A stretch of DNA of 64,000 nt from an uncultured delta proteobacterium (GTDB lineage: Bacteria > Myxococcota > Myxococcia > Myxococcales > Myxococcaceae). The notes beneath the pieces were generated by a model. That model ran no database searches. It saw only the letters and a list, made by a program, of their open reading frames with translations, and was not told the DNA's origin. The DNA lies in NCBI GenBank assembly GCA_963796055.1, contig CAWCKH010000004.1, positions 192,001 through 256,000 on the forward strand, given 5' to 3'. The stretch's first letter is position 1; each line of letters begins with the position of its first letter. Shown piece after piece: positions 10,545-23,320 of this stretch. The translations under genes were made by a program, and so were the position numbers.

Positions 10545-11024
10545 TCAGAGGTACCGGCGAACCCGCGCCTTGTATTCGAGATACGGCGCGCCGAACTTCG
10601 CCGTCAGGTACCGCTCCTCGGGAAGCACCGCGAGAACGTGCACTGCGCCGAGCGCGGCGAACGCGAACGGCACCGTCCACAGCGTGCCGGCCGCCGCGCC
10701 GAGCCCGATCGTCAGGAACGCCATGCCGACGTACATCGGGTTCCGCGTGAAGCGATAGGGACCTGAAAAGACCAGTTCCGGCGTGGGCCGCCACGGCTCC
10801 GGGTCCTGACCGGTCCGGCGGAAGAGGCGGAGCGCGGAGCCGCCGAGCCCCACGCCACCGCCGATGGCCAGCACCGCCAGCGCGACGCGCGCCGCACCAC
10901 CCGGAACTGGCCAGCGAGCAACCAGCCGATCCACCACCACGCCGGCGGCCAGGCCCGCGAGGAACACGAACGGGGGAGGAATCACCACCCGCGCCCCTCC
11001 AGCTCGGCTCTGCACCTCGTTCAT
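10545..11024 (-). CDS. Isoprenylcysteine carboxylmethyltransferase / PEMT family membrane protein
   Basis: IPPP, GPYRFTRNPMY, EERYL..FG..Y..YK.RVRRYL. Confidence 0.88.
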   Translation of the reverse strand: MNEVQSRAGGARVVIPPPFVFLAGLAAGVVVDRLVARWPVPGGAARVALAVLAIGGGVGLGGSALRLFRRTGQDPEPWRPTPELVFSGPYRFTRNPMYVGMAFLTIGLGAAAGTLWTVPFAFAALGAVHVLAVLPEERYLTAKFGAPYLEYKARVRRYL

Positions 11025-11231
11025 CTGGGCACCCACCGAAGTGATGTCCTCCTGGCGCGCCCGACTGTACGCTGCCGCCCGTTGTCGAGCGGACGCTGAG
11101 CGACCTGTACGTTCTGGAAGGACTCTCCGCGGCGCGCTGGTGAGTCCGCTGCGGCCCCCGGAGCGTCCAGGGAAGGTCGCACCCTCGTCAGGGGCGTTTG
11201 ACCTCGGCGCGGGGTGCGCGACGATGGGCGA

Positions 11232-11845
11232 ATGCAGGCCCCGGAGATCCTCGCCTTTCTGAGACGGCAGCGACTGGGGGTCCTTGGGTCCCTCGGCGAG
11301 GCGAGACAGCCGCAGGCGGCGGTGGTCGGCCTGGCGTTCACCGCCGAGGGAGACGCGATCTTCGACACCGTCGCGTCGTCGCGGAAGGCGGTCAATCTCC
11401 GGCACGATCCGCGGGCGTCGCTGGTCGTCTGGGAGGGCGAGCGAACCGTCCAGATGGACGGCCGCGTCGACGAGCCGGCCGGTGTGGAGCGCGACGCGCT
11501 CCTGGAACTCTACGTGCCAAGGCTCTGGGCCGAGGCCGGGAAGGCCGACGTGGGTCTGCTCGGGCCGGCGCTGGACACGATCTTCTCCAGCGGTCGGAAC
11601 GGGGACACGCTCGACGCGGTGCTCGCCGCGCTCGGGGCGCCCGAGCAGAAGCTTCTGCCGACCGCTGGCGAAAGTCGGACGACGGGATGCACGTGCTCGC
11701 GGCGGCGTTCTACGGATACCTGCGCGAGGACCGCTGGACGGAACGCGGCGGGTCCATCGAGAAGTGGCTCGATGAAGCCGTGGCGGGCGCCTCGACCCCG
11801 ACCGGCTGCACGCGACGGCCGCCCGGGTGCTGGAGCGTCCAGTGA
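11232..11845 (+). pseudogene. Pyridoxamine 5'-phosphate oxidase-like N-terminus fused to a frameshifted fragment of an unrelated gene
   Basis: PPOX-like to about 11513 (QPQAAVV, SRKAVNLRHDPRAS, TVQMDG), then unrelated sequence that continues in another frame (HVLAAAFYGYLREDRW). Confidence 0.6.
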
Positions 11846-12099
11846 CGCGGCTCTGGCCGCTGGACGCCGACGCGGGTCGCTAGCACCTCCCTGGACTCCA
11901 CGACTGAAGCAAAACTTGGCCTTCGGAGTAGCGTTTGTATCGCCGCCATGACCGGCGAGACAACACGGGACGCGCCGGGTGACCACCGATGCAACAGTCG
12001 CGGCGCAGCTTCCGAGAGAATCCGGCGTGTTGAAGCCTCTGCGAGCTGGCCGCCGGTATGCAGTCAGCACCCTCCTCCCATGAAGAGGAGGAGACGGCC

Positions 12100-12276
12100 A
12101 TGAAGACCCGACTGATGACGCTCAGGTCCCTCGAGCGGATCGCCCGCGTTCACGGGTACCGCACGCTCCTCGTCGGTGGGCTGCTGGTGATCTTCTTCCT
12201 GGGAGGACACGGTGCGTTCCACGACGGCTTCCGGTTCGCCGGGGTCGGCGTGACCGCGGGGCCCGTCGAGGCCTGA
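12100..12276 (+). CDS. Small 58-aa protein with one hydrophobic segment
   Basis: Strong GAGGAGGAG RBS before ATG 12100; LLVGGLLVIFFLGG. Confidence 0.6.
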   Translation: MKTRLMTLRSLERIARVHGYRTLLVGGLLVIFFLGGHGAFHDGFRFAGVGVTAGPVEA

Positions 12277-12389
12277 AGACGATCGCCGTATTCCCGGGTC
12301 GGCGGATTCGCAAGTCGGCGGGGGCAACGCGTGACTTGTGCAACCCTCGCGGCGCCATAGACTAGAGGCTGACTCCACAGGAGGTTCCC

Positions 12390-15300
12390 ATGCCTCCGGA
12401 GCGCGTGGTCGAGGAGAAGTCGGCGACCGGCGTGGTGACACCGCAACTGACGGATGGGACAGAGTCATTCGGGAGTCCTGCGCAGGACGAGACGCTGCGC
12501 CCGGGCACGGTCCTGGAGTCACGGTTCCGGATCATCCGCATGCTTGGCCGCGGTGGGATGGGCGAGGTCTACGAGGCGGTGGACCTCGCGCTGGGGACCC
12601 GCGTGGCCCTGAAGACGGTCCGTCTCGGGCAGAGCTCGACCGAGGGGAGGATGCAGCGGTTCCGGAGGGAGATCCTCCTGGCGCGGAGGATCGCCCACCC
12701 CAACGTCTGCCGCGTCTTCGAGTTGCACGTGGGCGGCCCGGGTGAACCGCCGCTGTTCCTGAGCATGGACCTGCTCGAGGGCGAGACGCTCGCCGACCGG
12801 CTGCGCCGCGAAGGCCCTCTCGCCGAGCACGCAGCGACCGAGCTGGTGTCGCAGATCGCCTCCGGCCTGGGGGCGGCCCACAAGGAGGGGGTGCTCCACC
12901 GCGACCTCAAGCCCAGCAACGTGATGCTGGTCCCCGTTCACGGCGGGGGCCAACGCGCGGTAGTCACCGACTTCGGCATCGCCCAGACGATGGACGGCAC
13001 GCAGGCCACCACGACGTGGGACGGGCCGGCCGGAACCCCGGCGTACATGGCGCCCGAGCAGCTGACCGGCTGGGAGCTGACGCCGGCGAGTGACCTCTAC
13101 TCACTCGGCGTCCTGATGATCGAGACCACGACCGGAACGCTCCCTGCCGGCCCCCATGCCAGCGACCGCGGCGAGCGTTCTCCCTCCGCGCCGCGCGCGT
13201 ACGACCGGCGCAACGTCCGCCTCAGCAGGCGCTGGAGGCAGCTCTGCGACCAGTGTCTGGCGATCGATCCGGCCTGTCGGCCGCAGTCGGCGGAGGCGTT
13301 CCTTCGCGCTCTGGGGCGGGAGGCTCGTCGGCTGCGCCGGCCATCCCTCCGTCTCATCCGGACCATGGGGCTCGTGGCGGCCATGCTCACAGCGGTCGTG
13401 GTCACGGTCCGGCGACCCGCGCTGACGAGGAGATCGACCCCCCTCACGGTGGTGGTCGCGGACCTGGAGAACGCGACCGGAGATCCCCAGCTCGACGCGC
13501 TCTCCGGGCTCTTCGTCACCTCGCTCGAGCAGTCGCATGCGCTGACCGTGCTCACCCGGGCATCGCTTCTCGATGAGATCCGGAGCCTCGACCGCCCAAT
13601 CACCGGTCGCATCGACGAGCCGCTGGGACGCGAGGTCGCCCGCCGGACCGGAGCCCAGCTGCTGCTGGTGGGAACCGTGTCCCGCTTCGACCAGACCTAC
13701 GCCATCGACCTCCGGGCGCTCGATCCCTCCGGCCGGGGGTACCTCTTCACCCTGCGCGAGAAGGGCGTCGGCAAGGCATCCATCCCGGATACCCTCGATC
13801 GACTCTCGGACGCCGTGCGTCGTTCGGTCGCGGAGCCCTCGGACCAGGTGAAGGCCTCGCAGGTGCGAGTCGGGCAGGCCGTCACCAGCAATCTCGAGGC
13901 GTACCACTCCTTCTACGAGGGCGAGCAGCTCGAGGCGGAGGGGAGACGCGGCGAGGCGCTGGCCAGTTACCGACACGCCGTTGCGCTCGACCCTTCCTTC
14001 GCGATGGCGCACCTGGGGATCGTGGGACTTCTGGAGACGCGCGATGCCGAGGGTGCGCGAGCGGCGCTCGATCAGGCGCGCCTGCATGGTGCCACGGCTC
14101 CCGAGCGCGAGCGGCTCATCATCCGGGCCTTCACCGCCGCGAGCGAGTGGCGAATGGACGAGGCGATCGCGCTGTACCAGGAGGTCCAGCGCCGGTTTCC
14201 GAGGAACGCGGAGGCCTTCGTCCGTGCCGCCGACCTGGTGCGCAACTTCAAGGGGGACACTTCCGGGGCGATCGAGCTGCTCCGGACCGCGGCGGATCTC
14301 GAGTCCGGGAGGACGCCGTCCCTGGTCCAGGCGCTGATCTTCGGGAATCGGTACGACGAGGCCGCGGAAGTCGCCGAACGCTTCGCCGCTCGCCATCCGG
14401 GGCCCGAGGCCCTCCATGTCCTGACGGTGGTGAGCGCGTACCAGGGCAGGGTCGGTCCTGCGCTCGAGACGGCGCGCCGGGCCGTTGCCGCCGGCGTCCC
14501 GCTCGAGGGCGTCCTGCTGCAGGCGTATCTTCGTGGGCAGGCGCTGGATGAGGCGGAGGCGACCCTCCGGAGGACGATCGATTCACCCGAGCTGCCGCAG
14601 CTCGATCGCCGGGCCGCGCACGTCAACCTGGCGACGGTGCTCGGGTACGAGGGGCGGTGGAAGGAGGCCTTCGCGGTACTCGACCGGGCGGTCGACGAGG
14701 TCGATGGCGGACGACTCTCGCTCGAGCTTCTCTGGAGCCGGGTGTTTCTGTCCGGCGGGCTGGGAGCGGCCACGGTTCGCTCGGGTACCGACGAGCTTCT
14801 TCGCGGTGGCAATGCCTGGTCGGTCTGCGCCGCGGGTATTCTCGCCTACGTCGGCGACCCGGAGCACGCGGCCGTGGTGCTGGACCAGGTCCCGCGTGGC
14901 CTCCGCCAGACCCCCTGCGGGACAATCGCCGAAGGGGTGATCCTCTGGCGCCGAGGGAATGCTGCGGCCGGGCTCCAGCGCGTCAAGGGAATCGATTTCG
15001 GGACGGAGCAGCTCTACGTGGGCGGGATGTTGCTCGACGCCGGGCGCCCCGAGGACGCGCTCCGTGCGCTGGAGAAGTTCGACCGCCAGACCCTGGGCTG
15101 GCTCCCGTTCTACGCGTGGGGCGCGGGCGAGGGATCGTACGTCCGGGCGATGGCGCTGGAGCGACTGGGCCGCAGGGCGGAAGCGCTCGCGGTCGCCAAC
15201 GAGCAGCTGCGCATCTGGGACAGAGCAGATCCGGCGAATCCGGCGGTCCGACGGATGCGCGAGCTGGCCAGCCGCCTCAGGGCGAGAACGCACGGGCGAC

Positions 15301-15449
15301 ACGTCTCCGGGCCACGCCCGGCCGGGCAGGACCATGGTCAGTCCGGTCGCTGGCCTGGTCCGTCAGGAGCCGTCCTGCCGCCTCTGGCTTCGCTCAACGC
15401 GCGGGCCGTGGCACTCGAAGTTTCGGTGCAAGCACCGACCGGTCGGTGA
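12390..15449 (+). CDS. Hanks-type Ser/Thr kinase with TM segment, TolB-N-like domain and TPRs
   Basis: GRGGMGEV, VALK, HRDLKPSN, DFG, GTPAYMAPE; AGGAGG RBS. The last 50 or so residues look like read-through. Confidence 0.9.
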   Translation: MPPERVVEEKSATGVVTPQLTDGTESFGSPAQDETLRPGTVLESRFRIIRMLGRGGMGEVYEAVDLALGTRVALKTVRLGQSSTEGRMQRFRREILLARRIAHPNVCRVFELHVGGPGEPPLFLSMDLLEGETLADRLRREGPLAEHAATELVSQIASGLGAAHKEGVLHRDLKPSNVMLVPVHGGGQRAVVTDFGIAQTMDGTQATTTWDGPAGTPAYMAPEQLTGWELTPASDLYSLGVLMIETTTGTLPAGPHASDRGERSPSAPRAYDRRNVRLSRRWRQLCDQCLAIDPACRPQSAEAFLRALGREARRLRRPSLRLIRTMGLVAAMLTAVVVTVRRPALTRRSTPLTVVVADLENATGDPQLDALSGLFVTSLEQSHALTVLTRASLLDEIRSLDRPITGRIDEPLGREVARRTGAQLLLVGTVSRFDQTYAIDLRALDPSGRGYLFTLREKGVGKASIPDTLDRLSDAVRRSVAEPSDQVKASQVRVGQAVTSNLEAYHSFYEGEQLEAEGRRGEALASYRHAVALDPSFAMAHLGIVGLLETRDAEGARAALDQARLHGATAPERERLIIRAFTAASEWRMDEAIALYQEVQRRFPRNAEAFVRAADLVRNFKGDTSGAIELLRTAADLESGRTPSLVQALIFGNRYDEAAEVAERFAARHPGPEALHVLTVVSAYQGRVGPALETARRAVAAGVPLEGVLLQAYLRGQALDEAEATLRRTIDSPELPQLDRRAAHVNLATVLGYEGRWKEAFAVLDRAVDEVDGGRLSLELLWSRVFLSGGLGAATVRSGTDELLRGGNAWSVCAAGILAYVGDPEHAAVVLDQVPRGLRQTPCGTIAEGVILWRRGNAAAGLQRVKGIDFGTEQLYVGGMLLDAGRPEDALRALEKFDRQTLGWLPFYAWGAGEGSYVRAMALERLGRRAEALAVANEQLRIWDRADPANPAVRRMRELASRLRARTHGRHVSGPRPAGQDHGQSGRWPGPSGAVLPPLASLNARAVALEVSVQAPTGR

Positions 15450-15519
15450 AGTCCCCGTCAGGGCGCACGGGTCGCCCGCCTCCGGACGCTGCGTGCGCGC
15501 GGGCTTGCTCCGAGCCTAG

Positions 15520-17766
<2,247 letters not shown>

Positions 17767-17897
17767 TCCGGAGGGCTGACGTCGTGCGGCCGGCGCCCCA
17801 CCCGCTCGGGGCGTCGGCCTGCGTAGACTGGTACCGGAGTGGAGCGCGAGCCGCCGCCCCGGTTCACTACCGGCTCCATCTCGAGGTCGATCGCGGC

Positions 17898-19421
17898 GTG
17901 GACGACGTCCAGCGTGACGGCCGCGAAGAGGTCCCCCCGGCGACGAGCGGCTGGCGATCCTGGCTCCCTCGGGGCGACGCGCTCTGGCCTCGCTGGCTCT
18001 GGCTGCGCGCGCTGGGACTGATCTTCCTCTCCGCCTTCTACTCGCTGGCCTTCCAGATCACCGGCCTGATCGGTCCTCGCGGTATCCTGCCCGCCGGCGA
18101 GTACCTGGCAGAGGTGCGCCGGGCGTTCGGCATGGCCGAGGCGCTCTGGTTCGCGCCCACCCTGTTCTGGCTCTCCGCCTCGGACGTCGCGCTCCTGGCG
18201 GTCATTCTCCTCGGCGCCGCAGCCTCGGTGCTCCTGGTACTCAACGTGGCGCCGCGGCTCTGCATCGCGGTCGCCGCCGTGTGCTTTCTCTCCTTCATCG
18301 CGGCCGCGCGGGACTTCGCCAGCTATCAGTCCGACGGGATGCTGCTGGAAGCGGCGTTCATCTCCTACTTCCTCGCCCCGCGCGGCCTGCGCCCTCGCCT
18401 CGGCGCTGCGGACCCGCCCTCGCCGTTCGCGCTCTTCCTGCTGCTCTGCGAGTGGTTCCGCATCTACTTCGAGTCCGGCGTGGTGAAGCTCCTCTCCGGC
18501 GACCTGCAGTGGCGATCGCTCACCGCGATGGACCACTACTACGAGAACGGGCCGCTCCCGACGTGGCTGGGCTGGTACGTCCAGCAGCGTCTGCCGCACG
18601 GGTTCCACGCCTTCACCGTGATCCTCATCTTCGCCTTCGAGCTGGTGATCGTCTGGTTGGCCTTCCTGCCGCGCCGGTTCCGGTTGACCTGCTTCTGCCT
18701 CTCCACGGTCTTCCAGGCGGGGATCATCCTCACCGCGAACTACGCGTTCCTGAACTACATCGTGCTCTGCCTCGGGGTGCTGCTGGTCGACGACCGTTTT
18801 CTCCGCCTGCCCGCGCCTCCGGTGGAGCCGAAGCAGCTCTCGTGGCCGGCGCGGATCGCGCTCGGATGGATCCTCTACGCCACCGTCGTGGTCGCCCCCG
18901 GCATCTCGCACCTCCTGCCGCGGCCTCTGCTCTGGCCTGCCACCGCGCTGGAGCCCTTCCGGATCGCGAACCGCTACGGACTGTTCGCCGTGATGACCAC
19001 CGAGCGCTATGAGATCGAGTTCCAGGGCTCGCGCGACGGGGTGCACTGGACACCTTACCCCTTCCGCTACAAGCCGCAGGACCCGATGAAGGCGCCAGGC
19101 ATCTACGCGCCATACCAGCCGCGGTTCGAGTGGAACCTCTGGTTCGCTTCCCTCGGAGAATGGCGCGCGTACCCCTGGGTGCTGCGCACCGAGATGCGCC
19201 TGCTGGAAGGGTCTCCGGCCGTCCTTCACCTGTTCGCGAGGAACCCGTTCCCGGATGGCCCGCCTGGCTGGATGCGCGCGGTGCGGTGGCAGTACTGGTT
19301 CACCACGCCGCAGGAGAAGCGGGCGACGGGCGCCTTCTGGAAGCGCGAGGACCGTGGGGTCTACGCGCCCGAGCTGCATCTGGGGAGCGGGGGCCTCGAG
19401 GCGGTGCGCCCCCTGCCCTGA
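17898..19421 (+). CDS. Lipase maturation factor (LMF1) family membrane protein
   Basis: LRALGLIF, GLIGPRGILP, DGMLLEA, SGVVKL, YENGPLP, NYAFLN, YGLFAVMT, APYQPRFEWNLWFA. Start codon uncertain. Confidence 0.88.
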   Translation: MDDVQRDGREEVPPATSGWRSWLPRGDALWPRWLWLRALGLIFLSAFYSLAFQITGLIGPRGILPAGEYLAEVRRAFGMAEALWFAPTLFWLSASDVALLAVILLGAAASVLLVLNVAPRLCIAVAAVCFLSFIAAARDFASYQSDGMLLEAAFISYFLAPRGLRPRLGAADPPSPFALFLLLCEWFRIYFESGVVKLLSGDLQWRSLTAMDHYYENGPLPTWLGWYVQQRLPHGFHAFTVILIFAFELVIVWLAFLPRRFRLTCFCLSTVFQAGIILTANYAFLNYIVLCLGVLLVDDRFLRLPAPPVEPKQLSWPARIALGWILYATVVVAPGISHLLPRPLLWPATALEPFRIANRYGLFAVMTTERYEIEFQGSRDGVHWTPYPFRYKPQDPMKAPGIYAPYQPRFEWNLWFASLGEWRAYPWVLRTEMRLLEGSPAVLHLFARNPFPDGPPGWMRAVRWQYWFTTPQEKRATGAFWKREDRGVYAPELHLGSGGLEAVRPLP

Positions 19422-19447
19422 AGCGTAGAGCTATCCTCCCCTCGTCG

Positions 19448-20578
19448 ATGGCCCTCCCCGCGTCGCACGTCCGACTGATCGCCTCGTCCTCCAGCTGGAT
19501 CGAGGGCGAGGCCGTCCAGCAGCTCGAGGCGAGCGCCGCCCTGCCCGGGGTGCGCTGGGTGGTCGGGATGCCCGACCTCCACCCTGGCAAGGGGCACCCG
19601 GTGGGCATCGCAGCCATGGCGGACGGCGTCGTGTACCCGCATCTGGTGGGCGCGGACATCGGGTGCGGCATGGCGCTGTTCACGACCCGGACGCCGGTCC
19701 GGAAGCTCCACGTGACACGGGCGGCGGAGCGTCTGCGAGGCCTGGAGGAGCCCTGGGGCGAAGACCTGGAAGCGTTTCTCGCGGAACAAGGCGTGGGTCA
19801 CCGGGGTCACCTGAACGCGCTCGGCACCATCGGCGGCGGGAACCACTTCGCCGAGCTCCAGAGAGTGAAGGAGCGCGCGGACTCGGAACTCGCGGCGGCG
19901 ATGCTCGGTTCGGATGACCGGGTGCTCCTGCTCGTCCACAGCGGCTCACGTGGTTTCGGCGAGCAGACGATGCGGTCGCACACCGAACGCCGCGGAGCAG
20001 CTCCACTCGAGGCGACCTCCGAAGAGGGGCGCGCCTACCTCGCGGCGCACGACGATGCCGTGCGCTGGGGACGGGCCAATCGCCTGCTCATCGCCCGGCG
20101 CATCGCCACGTTGCTAGGGCTAGTGCTCGAGCCACTGGTCGATCTCTGTCACAACGCGGTTCTGCCTTTCGACGGTGGATGGCTGCACCGGAAGGGCGCG
20201 GCCCCGCATGATTGCGGGCCGGTGGTCATCCCTGGCTCGCGGGGCGCGCTGAGCTATCTGGTGGAGCCCACCGGTGACGGAGCGAACTCCGGGTATTCAC
20301 TCGCCCACGGCGCCGGCCGCAAGTGGAGCCGGACCGAGGCCCGGGAGCGGATGCGCGAGCGGTACCGGAGCGAGGCCTTGCTCCGGACACCGCTGGGCAA
20401 CCCGGTGATCTGCGAGGATCGCGCCCTCCTCTTCGAGGAGGCCCCGGAGGCGTACAAGAAGATCGACCGGGTGGTCGCGGACCTCGTCGACGCCGGATCG
20501 TGCCGGGTCGTCGCCACGCTGCGCCCGCTCCTCACTTACAAGGTGCGCTCGGGCCAGACCGGCGAAGGGAGGGCGTGA
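19448..20578 (+). CDS. rtcB2: RtcB-family RNA ligase, RtcB2 (release factor H-coupled) subtype
   Basis: WIEGEAVQQL, MPDLHPG, GADIGCGM, GTIGGGNHFAE, HSGSRG, HRKGA, HGAGRKW, EEAPEAYK. Confidence 0.88.
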   Translation: MALPASHVRLIASSSSWIEGEAVQQLEASAALPGVRWVVGMPDLHPGKGHPVGIAAMADGVVYPHLVGADIGCGMALFTTRTPVRKLHVTRAAERLRGLEEPWGEDLEAFLAEQGVGHRGHLNALGTIGGGNHFAELQRVKERADSELAAAMLGSDDRVLLLVHSGSRGFGEQTMRSHTERRGAAPLEATSEEGRAYLAAHDDAVRWGRANRLLIARRIATLLGLVLEPLVDLCHNAVLPFDGGWLHRKGAAPHDCGPVVIPGSRGALSYLVEPTGDGANSGYSLAHGAGRKWSRTEARERMRERYRSEALLRTPLGNPVICEDRALLFEEAPEAYKKIDRVVADLVDAGSCRVVATLRPLLTYKVRSGQTGEGRA

Positions 20579-20636
20579 GCAGTGCGATGACTGCTGTATC
20601 TGGCCGTTGTCCTGAATCTCGCGGACGTTCTAGTTT

Positions 20637-21650
20637 ATGCCAATGCGCAGGCGAGTGCTGCTGGTGGGCTACCAGGACGCTGACGGTCTCGACCTCTTCG
20701 GGCCTGCCGAGGTCTTCGCCGAAGCCGTCCTGCGGCTGGGCGAGCCCGCCTATGAAGTCACCGTCGCTGCAATCGGCGGCGGCGTCATCACACTGACCTC
20801 CGGGCTCTCGGTCGCTGCGTGCGACCTCGGGGCCATGCGCCCGCAGCCGACGGACATCGTGCTCGTGGCCGGGGGCTCCGATGCCGCCATTGACGCAGCG
20901 GCCAAGGACCCGGCGCTGCTCGGCTGGCTTGCGCGCGCGGCCCGCACGGTGGGTCGCATCGGCTCGGTGTGTGATGGAGCATTCGTCGTCGCGAGCGCGG
21001 GCATCCTCGACGGACGGCGGGCAGCGACGCACTGGTCGTCGTGCGAGCGGCTGGCGCGACTGCACCCCAAGGTCAATGTGGACCGCGAGGCGATCTTCGT
21101 CCGCGACGGCCGAGTCTGGACCTCCGCCGGCATCAGCACTGGAATCGACATGGCGCTGGCGATGGTGGAGGAAGATCACGGCCGGAAGCTCGCCGACACC
21201 GTCGCCGCGCACCTCGTCCTCTTCGCCCGGCGTCCCGGGTTCCAGTCGCAGTTCAGCGAGGAGCTGGTGGCTCAGACCCTGGCGTCGGATCCACTTGCGC
21301 CGGTCATCTCCTGGCTGCGGGCGAATCTGCGCGCGCCGCTCGACGTGGAAACGGTGGCGCGCAAGGCCGGAATGTCGGTTCGGACGCTCCATCGGAGCTG
21401 TCTGCAAGCGCTCGACCTCAGCCCGGCCAAGCTGATCGAGAAGCTCCGCGTCGAGCAGGCGCGGACGCTCCTGGCAACGACGCAACTCGGCACCAAGGTC
21501 ATCGCGGTTCAGTGCGGGTTCGGCTCGACGCCGCGAATGACCCGCGCCTTCCAGCGCGCGCTCGGTGTCCCGCCCGCCTCCTACCGGCTGATGTTCGCCA
21601 GGGCTCCGGAAGCGATGCCAAAGCCGTCGCACGGTCAGTCCCGCAGCTGA
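20637..21650 (+). CDS. GlxA-family regulator (DJ-1/PfpI + AraC HTH)
   Basis: DLFGPAEVF, SVCDGA, ATHW, TSAGISTGID, RPGFQSQFS, C-terminal AraC helices. Confidence 0.92.
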   Translation: MPMRRRVLLVGYQDADGLDLFGPAEVFAEAVLRLGEPAYEVTVAAIGGGVITLTSGLSVAACDLGAMRPQPTDIVLVAGGSDAAIDAAAKDPALLGWLARAARTVGRIGSVCDGAFVVASAGILDGRRAATHWSSCERLARLHPKVNVDREAIFVRDGRVWTSAGISTGIDMALAMVEEDHGRKLADTVAAHLVLFARRPGFQSQFSEELVAQTLASDPLAPVISWLRANLRAPLDVETVARKAGMSVRTLHRSCLQALDLSPAKLIEKLRVEQARTLLATTQLGTKVIAVQCGFGSTPRMTRAFQRALGVPPASYRLMFARAPEAMPKPSHGQSRS

Positions 21651-21785
21651 ACGGTGCGGGGCAGGTCCCTGCGACGGCTCGAGGGTGCACCCGAGCGACG
21701 GAGCCGAGCCCTCGGGTGAGCGGCTCCACCTGCGAGCGCCAGCATGAAGACCTGGGCGGAGAACTGCGGTCCGCGCAGGACTTCT

Positions 21786-22136
21786 TCAGTTCCTGGGCGC
21801 GGTCTTCCCGGCGAATGACTGGACCGCGATCTTGCCGTCTCGCACGACGAAGGTGTCGGTGCCGAGCTCGTAGACGTTGTCGGCGGTCTCACCCGTCCAG
21901 AGAATGTACGCAAAGTCGCCCTCGACAAATTGCGCCTTCATGCTGAACACCGCACCCGGTTTCCCGAACTCCGCGAGCAGCCCAATGAAGAATGTGCGGA
22001 GCGCCTCGGGTCCCTTGAGTGGCCCGCCGGGCGTGAACAGAACGGCGCCCGGCGCATAGTCGGACAAGATGCGCTTGAGATTGCCCTCCCTGAAGGATCT
22101 TAGGTGGTTGTCTAGAACGTCCTGCGTCGAGTTCAT
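21786..22136 (-). CDS. SnoaL/NTF2-like protein
   Basis: ILSDYAPGAV, GTDTFVVRDGKI; AGGAGG RBS. Confidence 0.85.
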   Translation of the reverse strand: MNSTQDVLDNHLRSFREGNLKRILSDYAPGAVLFTPGGPLKGPEALRTFFIGLLAEFGKPGAVFSMKAQFVEGDFAYILWTGETADNVYELGTDTFVVRDGKIAVQSFAGKTAPRN

Positions 22137-22315
22137 CGTGCGGTCCTCCTGTCTCAGCACCGAGTGGCGGCGAGAGACGAGACAGTTCTTCGCGGCGGCG
22201 CGTGTTGACGCTTCACCCCGCGTCGTTCAGATTTGCTCGCCCGTCCTGTTCGCAGCGACATCCGGGGTTCGTCGAGCGCGCGCGGTCAACCGGAATTCCT
22301 GCCGAGGAGGCCGAA

Positions 22316-23320
22316 ATGAGCCAGGACACCCTGTCCGACGTCCTGCGAACCGTGCGGCTCCAGGGAGCGGTCTTCTTCTACATCAGCGGTGGGCGTCAGT
22401 GGGCCGCCGAAGCGCCCGCGTCCAGAGAGCTCGCCCCCGTGGTGATGCCCGGTGCCGAGCACCTCATGGAGTACCACGTGGTCACCAGCGGCGATTGCTG
22501 GGGCGGCATCGTCGGGGAACCGCCGGTGCGCCTCACCCACGGAGACCTCATCCTCTTCCCCCATGGGGATGCACACGTGTTGTCGAGCGCTCCCGGCCTT
22601 CGGGCGGATCCGAAGGTCTCCTGGTTTCACGAGACGAGGATCGATCAGCGTCCCCTCCGGATCGCCTACGACGGGGCCAGCGGCCCGATGCTCGCGCCAC
22701 CCGGGCACACCGGGTCCACCACCCTCGCCTGCGGATTCCTCAGCTGCGACATTCGGCCTTTCAACCCGCTGATTGCAGCCCTGCCCCGTCAGCTCCACCT
22801 GCACGCTGCCGACGGTGGTGGTTCGTTCGCGCAATTGATCCAGCGAGCAGTGGCCGAGTCACACGCCAGGCGCCCGGGCGCCGAGGCGATGCTCGCGCGA
22901 ATGAGCGAGATGCTCTTCGTCGATGCGGTGCGCCGCTACCTGGATTCGATGCCTCCCGAGACGATGGGATGGCTCGGCGGGCTGCGCGACCCCTACGTCG
23001 GTCGTGCCCTGGGGTTGCTGCACGAGAAGCCATCCAGGGAGTGGACGCTGGAGGAGCTGGGCCGACAGGTGGGGTTGTCGCGATCGCCATTGCACGAGCG
23101 GTTCGTGCAGTTCGTCGGTCAGCCGCCGATGCAGTACCTGACCCACTGGCGCATGCAGCTTGCTTCCGGCCTGCTGCGCAACTCCAGCAGCACGGTGGGG
23201 GCGATCGCGCTCGAGGTCGGCTACGCCTCGGAGGCGGCCTTCGCGCGCGCGTTCAAGCGGCTGGTGGGCCGGCCGCCGGCAGCGTGGCGGCGCACGCTCG
23301 GTCACCCCACCCGGGCGTGA
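22316..23320 (+). CDS. AraC-family regulator with cupin domain
   Basis: DTLSDVL, YHVVTSG, WTLEELGRQVGLSRS, VGYASEAAFARAFK; GAGGAGG RBS. Confidence 0.92.
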   Translation: MSQDTLSDVLRTVRLQGAVFFYISGGRQWAAEAPASRELAPVVMPGAEHLMEYHVVTSGDCWGGIVGEPPVRLTHGDLILFPHGDAHVLSSAPGLRADPKVSWFHETRIDQRPLRIAYDGASGPMLAPPGHTGSTTLACGFLSCDIRPFNPLIAALPRQLHLHAADGGGSFAQLIQRAVAESHARRPGAEAMLARMSEMLFVDAVRRYLDSMPPETMGWLGGLRDPYVGRALGLLHEKPSREWTLEELGRQVGLSRSPLHERFVQFVGQPPMQYLTHWRMQLASGLLRNSSSTVGAIALEVGYASEAAFARAFKRLVGRPPAAWRRTLGHPTRA

